IMG/VR virus record: IMGVR_UViG_3300009703_001920
Coordinates: 1 to 25,853 of that record
Strand: one strand, 5' to 3'
Source of the DNA: a virus
Lineage: Duplodnaviria > Caudoviricetes
DNA length: 25,853 nt
This document shows, in pieces, positions 1-7,414 of the stretch. The first letter of the stretch is position 1, and the number at the start of each line of letters is the position of its first letter. Under the pieces are notes generated by a model. The model saw nothing but the letters and a program-made list of their open reading frames with translations. It ran no database searches and was not told the DNA's origin. A program made the translations under genes and the position numbers.

Positions 1-1
1 C

Positions 2-232
2 AAAGAGACCATTACTAGCTTCGCAGCTGCAGTTTCCATGTCTCTCTTTGGCGGTATAAAGTCCGACGATGTTTACATCATGGGCGGAAGAGTTTGTCGA
101 ATAGTAAGAGTAGGCTTAAGAAGCACTACATTTTACTTTAACGATACTAAAACAAAAGTAGATATTGCTAATGAGGATATTAAAGGTTTGAGATTAGAAA
201 AGAAGATCAAACCTATGGAAGAAGAAGCTTAA
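2..232 (+). CDS. MscS-family (mechanosensitive channel) beta-domain-like protein, 5'-truncated by the window edge
   Basis: The frame is open from base 2 (KETITSFAAAVS-MSLFGG...). The segment KETITSFAAA..SLFGGIKSDDVYIMGGRVCRIVRVGLRSTTFYFNDTKTKVDIAN resembles MscS TM3 plus the Sm-like beta domain (GD.I.IGG..G.V..IGLRST.I...DG..V.IPN). Confidence 0.55.
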   Translation, partial: KETITSFAAAVSMSLFGGIKSDDVYIMGGRVCRIVRVGLRSTTFYFNDTKTKVDIANEDIKGLRLEKKIKPMEEEA

Positions 233-239
233 AATTAAA

Positions 240-1007
240 ATGCCAAAAATAAGAGTTGACCAGTTGGCCGATTCTCTAGAAGAATTGGGTAATCCTAAGG
301 GTAGAGCTCTCCAAAGAGAGCCCATCAGAGCTCGAGAAAAGTTTCATATAGAAAACTTTGATTGGACCGAAAAACAAAAAGAGTTTATTAAGATAGCTCT
401 AAATAAAGAGTCAAAGATATTATTTGCCAAAGGTCCAGCTGGATGCTCTAAAACCCTTTTAAGTGTTTATTGCGCTTTGCATTTATTAAACGAAGGTAAG
501 GTCTCCGAAATAGTTTATGTAAGGTCTGCTGTAGAAAGTTCTGATTCCAGAATGGGCTTCTTGCCGGGAGACGCAGACCAAAAGCTTCATTTCTATAATT
601 TGCCATTCCTTCATAAGTTAGAAGAGTTAGTGTGTCCTAATGTAATTAAAAAACTTCAGAAAGATGAAAGAGTATCCACTTACCCAGTAAATTTCTGTAG
701 AGGTATGAGTTGGAATTCTAAATGTCTGATATTTGACGAATGCCAAAATAGCACGGTAAAAGAGATAGTTACTGTATTGACTAGATTAGGTATGAGCTCT
801 AAATGCTTTGTGTTAGCTGACCCTGCTCAGACTGACTTAAAGAACGGAGCCAGAGGAGGTTTTGAAAAAATACAAAACTTATTTACAGATAAAGAAAGCA
901 AGGACTTTGGTATAAATACTTTTGAGTTTGACGAATCCGATGTGGTGAGATCAGAGCTTGTCAAATTTTTAGTGACAAAATTTAAAGACGTTACAACTGT
1001 GAGTTAG
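240..1007 (+). CDS. phoH: PhoH-like ATPase
   Basis: Variants of the PhoH motifs: GPAGCSKT (Walker A), MGFLPGD, RGMSW, IFDECQN (Walker B), LTRLG, ADPAQTDL, DVVRSELV. Confidence 0.9.
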   Translation: MPKIRVDQLADSLEELGNPKGRALQREPIRAREKFHIENFDWTEKQKEFIKIALNKESKILFAKGPAGCSKTLLSVYCALHLLNEGKVSEIVYVRSAVESSDSRMGFLPGDADQKLHFYNLPFLHKLEELVCPNVIKKLQKDERVSTYPVNFCRGMSWNSKCLIFDECQNSTVKEIVTVLTRLGMSSKCFVLADPAQTDLKNGARGGFEKIQNLFTDKESKDFGINTFEFDESDVVRSELVKFLVTKFKDVTTVS

Positions 1008-1303
1008 TCATCTTTTTTATCAACAACTGTCTGCCTCCATCCATCTTTATGTAAGATGTTGGTTAAAGTGCTGCAGAACCTTCTCACTTTTGTCTCAGAT
1101 ACATCCCAAAAGAAAGCGTGAAAGACTTCCTCCATCATTACTGCCATTTCTCTTTTTGGTGGAAGATCAGGTGAAACATGAATCTTCGGACCTTTATAGT
1201 CAGGTGGATCACATAGGCCATCTGCGTTATAACTATAGTGAGGGCTTTTTCTGAAGATCTTATACTTTATCCCATCGTTATTAGTAAATGTGTAATTAGA
1301 CAT
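1004..1303 (-). CDS. Hypothetical protein with an ImmA/IrrE-like metallopeptidase fold and a degenerate HExxH motif
   Basis: 99-aa ORF filling the gap between phoH and the next gene. Pattern GLCD...I.V...L......MMEEVFHAFF resembles small phage zincin-like proteins. Its stop overlaps the phoH stop (1004-1007). Confidence 0.6.
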   Translation of the reverse strand: MSNYTFTNNDGIKYKIFRKSPHYSYNADGLCDPPDYKGPKIHVSPDLPPKREMAVMMEEVFHAFFWDVSETKVRRFCSTLTNILHKDGWRQTVVDKKDD

Positions 1304-1340
1304 AACATTTTTTGTGTAAATTAGTGTCTAGTTGTAATAA
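1290..1340 (+). promoter_or_regulatory. Cluster of putative phage promoter motifs (GTGTAA-type)
   Basis: GTGTAATT at 1290, GTGTAAA at 1314 and TTGTAATAA at 1332, upstream of the ATG at 1364. The same motif recurs before other genes. Confidence 0.45.
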
Positions 1341-1363
1341 CTATTTGCTTAGTTATAAAAGAT

Positions 1364-1693
1364 ATGTCTAAGTTCAACAAAGTTACTTATTGTAAAAACT
1401 GTGGTGGCTCTAACCCTTGGGTTATGGAAGCTAAGAGTTCTTTATTGCAAAAACCAAAATTCTGTACGTCTTGTGGAACCAATTTGTCCACAGGTCAAAA
1501 GCCAGCGGCTAGCATAAAAGAGGTTGCGGCAGCAGTTGAAGTCAAGGAAGAAGAGGTTTCGATCAGTAGAGACATACCTCCTCTTGAGCTAGATTTACAA
1601 GAATGTTATTTTCCTAAAAGAGACTCTCAAGCTCTGGGTAACTTATTAAAACCAGTACCTAAAGAAGATGCCCAAGAAGAAGGCTTGCAGTAA
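1364..1693 (+). CDS. Zinc-ribbon protein
   Basis: Two CxxCG knuckles (YCKNCGG and KFCTSCG), followed by an acidic, low-complexity tail. Confidence 0.7.
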   Translation: MSKFNKVTYCKNCGGSNPWVMEAKSSLLQKPKFCTSCGTNLSTGQKPAASIKEVAAAVEVKEEEVSISRDIPPLELDLQECYFPKRDSQALGNLLKPVPKEDAQEEGLQ

Positions 1694-2366
1694 AAAATTA
1701 AAATTTGAAGATTGTATAGAGTTAATAGACAGAGAGATTTCTAAAAGAAAGAATAAGTGGACTCTAACATCTATAGCTTGGATGGATTTTGACGATATTT
1801 CTCAAATTCTTAAAATACATATTTTCAAGAAGTGGCATCTTTACGATGAGTCAAAGCCTTTGGCTCCTTGGCTTAATAGGATAATTTCAAATCAACTTAA
1901 AAATCTCATTAGAAACAATTATAGTAATTATTGTAAACCTTGTTTAAAGTGCGCAGCTTCAGAACCAGACTCAGCATGTTCTATATACGGAACTCAAGAT
2001 GGTAGATGTCCATTGTTTAAATCGTGGCTTCAGAAAAAGAAACCAGCTTATGATGTAAAGATGGCGTTACCTCTAGAGAATCATAAAGAGCAGATTAATG
2101 AGACCGAGATATCTTCAGCTAACATAGAATTAGGTATTCAAAAGTTAAACTTTAAATTAAAAGAAATTTTAAAACCTAATGAGTGGATAGTCTACGAAGG
2201 ATTCTATATAGATAATAAGACAGAACAAGAGATAGCTCAAACTTTAAATTTTAAAACAACAGAGAAGAATAGAACACCGGGATACAAACAAATAAAGAAT
2301 ATACAAAAAGCTATTATAACTAAAGCAAGAAAGATTTTAGAAAAGAATGATTTAGATTGGATATGA
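1668..2366 (+). CDS. Phage sigma70-family (ECF-like) RNA polymerase sigma factor with a Cys-rich insertion
   Basis: Region-2-like DFDDISQILKIHIFKKWHLYDESKPLAPWLNRIISNQLKNLIR and region-4-like LKPNEWIVYEGFYIDNKTEQEIAQTLNF. Between them lies CKPCLKC-x8-C-x9-C. Confidence 0.75.
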   Translation: MPKKKACSKKLKFEDCIELIDREISKRKNKWTLTSIAWMDFDDISQILKIHIFKKWHLYDESKPLAPWLNRIISNQLKNLIRNNYSNYCKPCLKCAASEPDSACSIYGTQDGRCPLFKSWLQKKKPAYDVKMALPLENHKEQINETEISSANIELGIQKLNFKLKEILKPNEWIVYEGFYIDNKTEQEIAQTLNFKTTEKNRTPGYKQIKNIQKAIITKARKILEKNDLDWI

Positions 2367-3454
2367 CTTTAACTAATGAACAAAAATTTGCTCTTACTTC
2401 TGTAAGGGATAGATTCTTAGCTGGTGAAGAAGTTGACATATCATTAATGTACTTAATACAGGATGTCGCAGGTTTCACAGGAAGGGATGGTAGAAGTAAA
2501 GAGGGTAGGGCTGTAAAAGCTTATCTTAGTGAAATAGATTTCAACGCAATACCAGCCAGTGAATATCAGAAAGTAGACAAGCCAGAATTATCCGAAGAGC
2601 AGAAAGAATTCATTGCAAATCATAGGGGTACAATGAAATATGTTGAGATGTCTCGTATAATTTTTGGAGACGAGACTCTGACAAGCTTAAGCGCGGAAAC
2701 TAGAATGGTCACAGACTATTGCAAAAGTTTAGAAGGTCAAGATTTTGAAACGCCAGAAGAAGATCAAGAGAGATTTGAGTACAAGCCACCTAAGCATCCT
2801 GACAGGGTACTGAGTAGAGTTAATAGGTTTATCCATGATAGCGGAATAGATAAAGATAGAATAACTCCAAGGCAGAAAAAGAATTTAGAAAAGTTGATGG
2901 GCTACCTTCATACTTTTAGATTTGTTCATCAAATAAGTAACTATGAACATGAAACAGAAAGAGAGTTGTTTGAATCTTCTTTTGTTAGATACACACACGA
3001 CAAGGCAGATTTAACACAAGAAGAAGTTGATCAATATATAGTCTTATCTGGAGAAGTGGTTATAGCATCTAACATTCAGAGAAGAGTTGGCAGGCTTCAG
3101 AGACTACTTGATGATACAGCTAACGATAACGAGGGCAGAAGAATCTCCATGAGTTTAGTTGAGGCTATAAGCACGGCGCAGAGTGAGTATAACTCTTGTG
3201 TTAATAGACAACATAAGTTATTAAGTGATTTAAAGCAGAAAAGAAGTGATAGGTTAAGTAAGCAAGTTCAAGAAAATGCCAGCATACTCAACTTAGTAGA
3301 AACTTGGAAGGAAGAACAAAGCCGTAAGGAACTCATAAAGATGGCGGAGCTTAGAAAGAAAGCTATTAAAGATGAGGTCGATAAGCTTACAACTATTGAT
3401 GATATTAAAGCTAGAATATTTGGCTTATCAGAGGAGGAAGCAATAAATGGATAA
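2363..3454 (+). CDS. Hypothetical protein with a C-terminal coiled coil (candidate terminase small subunit or packaging accessory)
   Basis: Long ORF. The ATG at 2363 overlaps the sigma stop (ATGA) and is preferred over the TTG at 2357. The C-terminal half is helical and charged. Function is inferred only from its position two genes upstream of the terminase. Confidence 0.6.
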   Translation: MTLTNEQKFALTSVRDRFLAGEEVDISLMYLIQDVAGFTGRDGRSKEGRAVKAYLSEIDFNAIPASEYQKVDKPELSEEQKEFIANHRGTMKYVEMSRIIFGDETLTSLSAETRMVTDYCKSLEGQDFETPEEDQERFEYKPPKHPDRVLSRVNRFIHDSGIDKDRITPRQKKNLEKLMGYLHTFRFVHQISNYEHETERELFESSFVRYTHDKADLTQEEVDQYIVLSGEVVIASNIQRRVGRLQRLLDDTANDNEGRRISMSLVEAISTAQSEYNSCVNRQHKLLSDLKQKRSDRLSKQVQENASILNLVETWKEEQSRKELIKMAELRKKAIKDEVDKLTTIDDIKARIFGLSEEEAING

Positions 3455-4403
3455 ACCACTTAGTGAATGTATGAAGATGGAGCATGTCTGTAAGATAGAC
3501 GGAGAGAAGTTCGAAACAGAGAAGAAGTTACATATGCATCTCCGTAAACATAAAATGCGTATGGCTGAATATTATCAAAAGTATTACCCAAGGAGAGACT
3601 TACTTACTGGAGATTTAATTAAATTTAAAAATAAAGCTCATTACTTTGCTAATTACTTTAATTCTAGACCTAATATGAAAAAGTATTTAGAATCCGCTTC
3701 TGAAGAAGATGCTAGAAAGTTTTGCGTACAAGTTATTAAAGATAGAATGGAGAGAAGAAAGATTAAATATTCTCCTACTCAAGTGGAACTTCGTTCGTCA
3801 ATGATGCCACCTATATTTTATTATCAAAAACTTTTTGGTAACTATTATGACCTGTGTTGGGATCTTGGGTTATTAAAAAGATTTAATAAGCTACCTAAAA
3901 ATGAGATAAAAGAAAGCATAGAAGAGGGTTATGAAATTGTAGTTGACACAAGAGAACAGAAACCTTTAAACATTAATTATGGAACTAGGAGAGAAGGTTT
4001 AAAATTTGCAGATTACTGGCTTGACAAAGAAGGTAATAAATGTTATGTAGAAAGAAAAGAGACTAAAGATTTTATAGGCACATTTACTGGTGGCTGCGAT
4101 AGGTTCTCTAGAGAATTAGAAAGAGCAGAAGAGCAAGATGCTTATGTTGTTGTAGTCGTAGAAAATTCTTTAGATAACATGATGAAGTTTAACTATTTAA
4201 AATACATTACCAAAAAGGTTCAGGTTACTCCAGAGTACGTTATGAGAAATGTGAGAGACATTATACAGAAGCATGATAACGTACAGTTTTTATTTGCAAA
4301 AGGTAGGACAGAGGCTACTAGATTAACTAGAAAACTTTTCTTCTGCGGGGAAGATTACAAAAAATTAGATTTGCAGTTAGCTTACGATCTTAAGTTATTA
4401 TAA
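3447..4403 (+). CDS. ERCC4/XPF-family nuclease with an N-terminal C2H2-like zinc finger
   Basis: IVVDTREQ...FADY...YVERKETKDF matches the ERCC4 signature (GDxnERKx3D). N-terminal CKIDGEKFETEKKLHMHLRKH. SD GAGGAGG at 3431-3437. Confidence 0.8.
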   Translation: MDKPLSECMKMEHVCKIDGEKFETEKKLHMHLRKHKMRMAEYYQKYYPRRDLLTGDLIKFKNKAHYFANYFNSRPNMKKYLESASEEDARKFCVQVIKDRMERRKIKYSPTQVELRSSMMPPIFYYQKLFGNYYDLCWDLGLLKRFNKLPKNEIKESIEEGYEIVVDTREQKPLNINYGTRREGLKFADYWLDKEGNKCYVERKETKDFIGTFTGGCDRFSRELERAEEQDAYVVVVVENSLDNMMKFNYLKYITKKVQVTPEYVMRNVRDIIQKHDNVQFLFAKGRTEATRLTRKLFFCGEDYKKLDLQLAYDLKLL

Positions 4404-6256
4404 TGTGGTCAAGTCCTGAAAAGTACGAAAGAGAAGTCGAAGATGTCAATAGTAGATTGGCTAAGATAGAAGGCTTCCTAGAGGAGAAAGAAGCTCGTAG
4501 TACTTTAGCTCAGTTTCTTAGAAACAATTTATATTTTACCACTTTTCTATTGACTGGTATAAAACTAGCCCCATTTCAAGAGATAACTCTAAGGGGTATG
4601 TTCAATCGAAACTTCAGTATGTGTGTCTGGGGTCGTGGCTGTGGAAAATCTTTCATAGCTTCGATTTATTGTTTTCTGCAATGTATATTTGAACCAAACA
4701 CTAAGATACTTATAGCTGGCCCTACTTTTCGTACAGCGAGGTTTATATTTAACAATATAGAAAAGATAGTAGAAACGAAGGAGGCTACTCTTCTAGCTCA
4801 AGCTTTTGGCGCGAAGGCTAAAAGAAACGATCAATACGAATGGAAGATAAACGGGGGCACTATAACTGCTATTCCTTTAAGTGGTGAAAAGATTCGTGGT
4901 TTTCGTGCTAACATACTTGTTCTTGATGAGTATCTACTATTGCCGGAAGACATAATTAGAAACGTACTTATGCCATTCCTTGTCGCGCCTCAAGATATGA
5001 AGCGCAGGATGGAGATAAAAGAAATAGAAGATAAGCTAGTAGCTGACGGGATAATAAAAGAAGAAGAGAGAACTAAGTTTGAGAATAAATCTAAGATGAT
5101 AGCTCTATCATCAGCTAGTTACACTTTCGAAAATCTTTACAAGACTTATCAAGAGTGGGTCAACAAAATTCAGTCAGACGAAGAAGTTGGCGATGCCAAA
5201 TACTTTGTTTCTCAGATGGGTTACGAGTCCTTGCCTGAGGAAATGATAGACAGGACGATTATTGAAGAAGCTCAAGAGGGAGGCTCATCACACTTTTCAT
5301 TTCAGCGGGAATATTGCGCTCAGTTTACGGATGGTAGCGATAGTTATTTCAGCGCAAAGAAAATGGAGATGTGTACTCTCAAGGGGGATGAAGAGCCCTG
5401 TACCTTAATGGTAGGTAGGGGCGGAAAGCGTTACGTTATGGGTATTGACCCTAACATGAGCGATAGCCCCACGGCTGACTATTTTGCTATGTCTGTCATG
5501 GAGATAGATGATGATACAGGGCAGGGAACTTTAGTGCATACTTATGCTGGGTTAGGTAGTTTAAATAAACATGTAAAATATTTAGCTTATATTCTTCAGG
5601 CTTTTAATATTGTTTTTATATGTCTTGATAATGCTGGCTCTGATACATATTTAGATAGTTGTAATGAATCTCAATTTTTTAAAGATGTAGGTATAAATTT
5701 AAAAACCATACCTTTAAACTCTGATGCAGAAGGTATAGAATATCAAAAATCTATAAAGCAAGCTAAACAAAAATACAATCAAGAAAATTATCAAATTTGT
5801 TTTAATCAAGTATTTACTAGTAATTTTATTCGTAGGGCTAACGAACATCTTCAAGCTTGCATAGACTATAAGAAGATTTGGTTCGCTTCTAGGACAGCTT
5901 CTAACGAATCCTTTTTCAACAGGACTAGCTCCATAAGATTGCCGTACCCTAAAAAACTAGTATTTATTGATGATCGGAAAGACTGGTCTATGCTTGATTT
6001 TATTGAGCATCAGGACGATATGATTTATCAAACTAAAAAACAATGCAGCTTGGTTGAGCATAAATCAACAGCTAGAGGCTCACAGAACTTCGATCTTCCT
6101 CAACACCTCAAAAGATCCACTTCAGCTAACAAAGCAAGAAAAGATAATTATTCTTCATTAATGTTGGCGAATTGGGGGCTTAAGCTCTATAACGACATAA
6201 CTAAGGCCGAAATCAACACTAATAAAGAAACTTTCGAGCCTATAATGCTTTTTTAA
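4403..6256 (+). CDS. terL: Terminase large subunit
   Basis: Q motif (LAPFQ), Walker A WGRGCGKS, GPTFRTA, IRGFRA, Walker B ILVLDE, LSSA coupling motif, FQREY, RNase H-like nuclease YVMGIDP and a terminal KDNYSSL. TAATG overlap with the previous gene. Confidence 0.92.
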   Translation: MWSSPEKYEREVEDVNSRLAKIEGFLEEKEARSTLAQFLRNNLYFTTFLLTGIKLAPFQEITLRGMFNRNFSMCVWGRGCGKSFIASIYCFLQCIFEPNTKILIAGPTFRTARFIFNNIEKIVETKEATLLAQAFGAKAKRNDQYEWKINGGTITAIPLSGEKIRGFRANILVLDEYLLLPEDIIRNVLMPFLVAPQDMKRRMEIKEIEDKLVADGIIKEEERTKFENKSKMIALSSASYTFENLYKTYQEWVNKIQSDEEVGDAKYFVSQMGYESLPEEMIDRTIIEEAQEGGSSHFSFQREYCAQFTDGSDSYFSAKKMEMCTLKGDEEPCTLMVGRGGKRYVMGIDPNMSDSPTADYFAMSVMEIDDDTGQGTLVHTYAGLGSLNKHVKYLAYILQAFNIVFICLDNAGSDTYLDSCNESQFFKDVGINLKTIPLNSDAEGIEYQKSIKQAKQKYNQENYQICFNQVFTSNFIRRANEHLQACIDYKKIWFASRTASNESFFNRTSSIRLPYPKKLVFIDDRKDWSMLDFIEHQDDMIYQTKKQCSLVEHKSTARGSQNFDLPQHLKRSTSANKARKDNYSSLMLANWGLKLYNDITKAEINTNKETFEPIMLF

Positions 6257-6263
6257 GTGTAAG
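6257..6263 (+). promoter_or_regulatory. Putative phage late promoter motif GTGTAAG
   Basis: Lies immediately after the terL stop, 26 nt before the ATG at 6283. Recurrent motif. Confidence 0.55.
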
Positions 6264-6282
6264 TAAAGTCGAATAAGCTTTT

Positions 6283-7413
6283 ATGCCTAGTAAGATAGCA
6301 ACTGGACAAATAGACGAGGCAGGTTTTCGAGACCTGTTCCTCAAGAAACTCTCGGGTTCTGCTACCGTTTCATCTGGATTTTATACCATAGCGAACCCGT
6401 CTGGATATGTACCTTTGGCTGATGGGCCAGAATCTCTAACTGGATACAGTGGAGATATAATGTCTAGAACATCTGGATTAATATCTAATGTTTCTGGAGC
6501 TTTGGACGCAAGTGGAACTTTGCTTTTCGATAAAGCTGTAGATGTCTCTGGCTTTGCGACTGGACTGAATCATGATACGAGTGGCTATCTTCAAACAGAA
6601 ATAGAAACTGTTTCTGGAAATTTTTCTACGGTCAGTGGCGAGTTTTTAAAGTCTGGCTCTTTCTTTTATTCAACAACAGGAGATTTTAGAACTGATGCTC
6701 CCACAGGAGCTCTATCTTACACTTCTGGAGACACTAGAGGTCTTTACGTTGTAACCGGAGATTCTACACATAAAGAAGGCTGGTCTAAAGTATCACAACA
6801 TGCTGATATGACAGGTTACGTGTCTTTGTCTAGCGGGGACATAAAGACTAGCTTAGAAGCTACTGGCACTAGCCTGACAAGTTTAATATCTAATGTAAAT
6901 TCAGATAGTTCAACCAAGTTTACAGCAAAGAAAACTTTTGGAGCAGGATTAAAAACTGACTTAATGGAGCTAGGAACCAATGGAGTCACAATGCGTGTCA
7001 ACTCTAATAACTCTGTTAGCTTCGATGACACAAGTGGTTCTTTAGTTACTATAGCTCCCGGTTATGGTGCTGATGCACCTGTGTTTTCTGTAACAGATAA
7101 AGCGGGACTACCTTTAGTAGATATATACGATGATGATAGGTTAAACTTTGGACCTTATGGCAAAAATCCTTTTAACATTAGCGGAGAAAAAGCTTGCTTC
7201 GGTAATTACAGATCTTACTTTAGTGGCTCTGATATCCACTTAAGCGGAGATCTTACAGTTAACGATCTAATAACAGTTAGCGGCTTATCTGGTGGATACG
7301 CTATACTATCAAACTTACCTGAACATCCACATACAGGTGGTTTGCCTATTGGCACACTTTTCGTAAGCGGAAACAATACTGCTGGTAAAGGCAGACATTT
7401 AATGATAATTTAA
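6283..7413 (+). CDS. Ser-Gly-rich virion fibre-like protein (paralog of 15888..16721)
   Basis: 21 SG dipeptides in 376 aa, often 7 or 11 residues apart. N-terminus (I.TGQID..G...L.....LSGSA....GFY...NPSG.V) is shared with ORF 15888. The C-terminus is beta-rich and fibre-like. Confidence 0.6.
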   Translation: MPSKIATGQIDEAGFRDLFLKKLSGSATVSSGFYTIANPSGYVPLADGPESLTGYSGDIMSRTSGLISNVSGALDASGTLLFDKAVDVSGFATGLNHDTSGYLQTEIETVSGNFSTVSGEFLKSGSFFYSTTGDFRTDAPTGALSYTSGDTRGLYVVTGDSTHKEGWSKVSQHADMTGYVSLSSGDIKTSLEATGTSLTSLISNVNSDSSTKFTAKKTFGAGLKTDLMELGTNGVTMRVNSNNSVSFDDTSGSLVTIAPGYGADAPVFSVTDKAGLPLVDIYDDDRLNFGPYGKNPFNISGEKACFGNYRSYFSGSDIHLSGDLTVNDLITVSGLSGGYAILSNLPEHPHTGGLPIGTLFVSGNNTAGKGRHLMII

Positions 7414-7414
7414 A

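Noticed and set aside
6245-6285. Possible programmed frameshift at CTT TTT TAA fusing terL to the next gene
   Set aside because: Both shifted frames hit stops before 6283 (the -1 frame at TAA 6274), so no fusion is possible.
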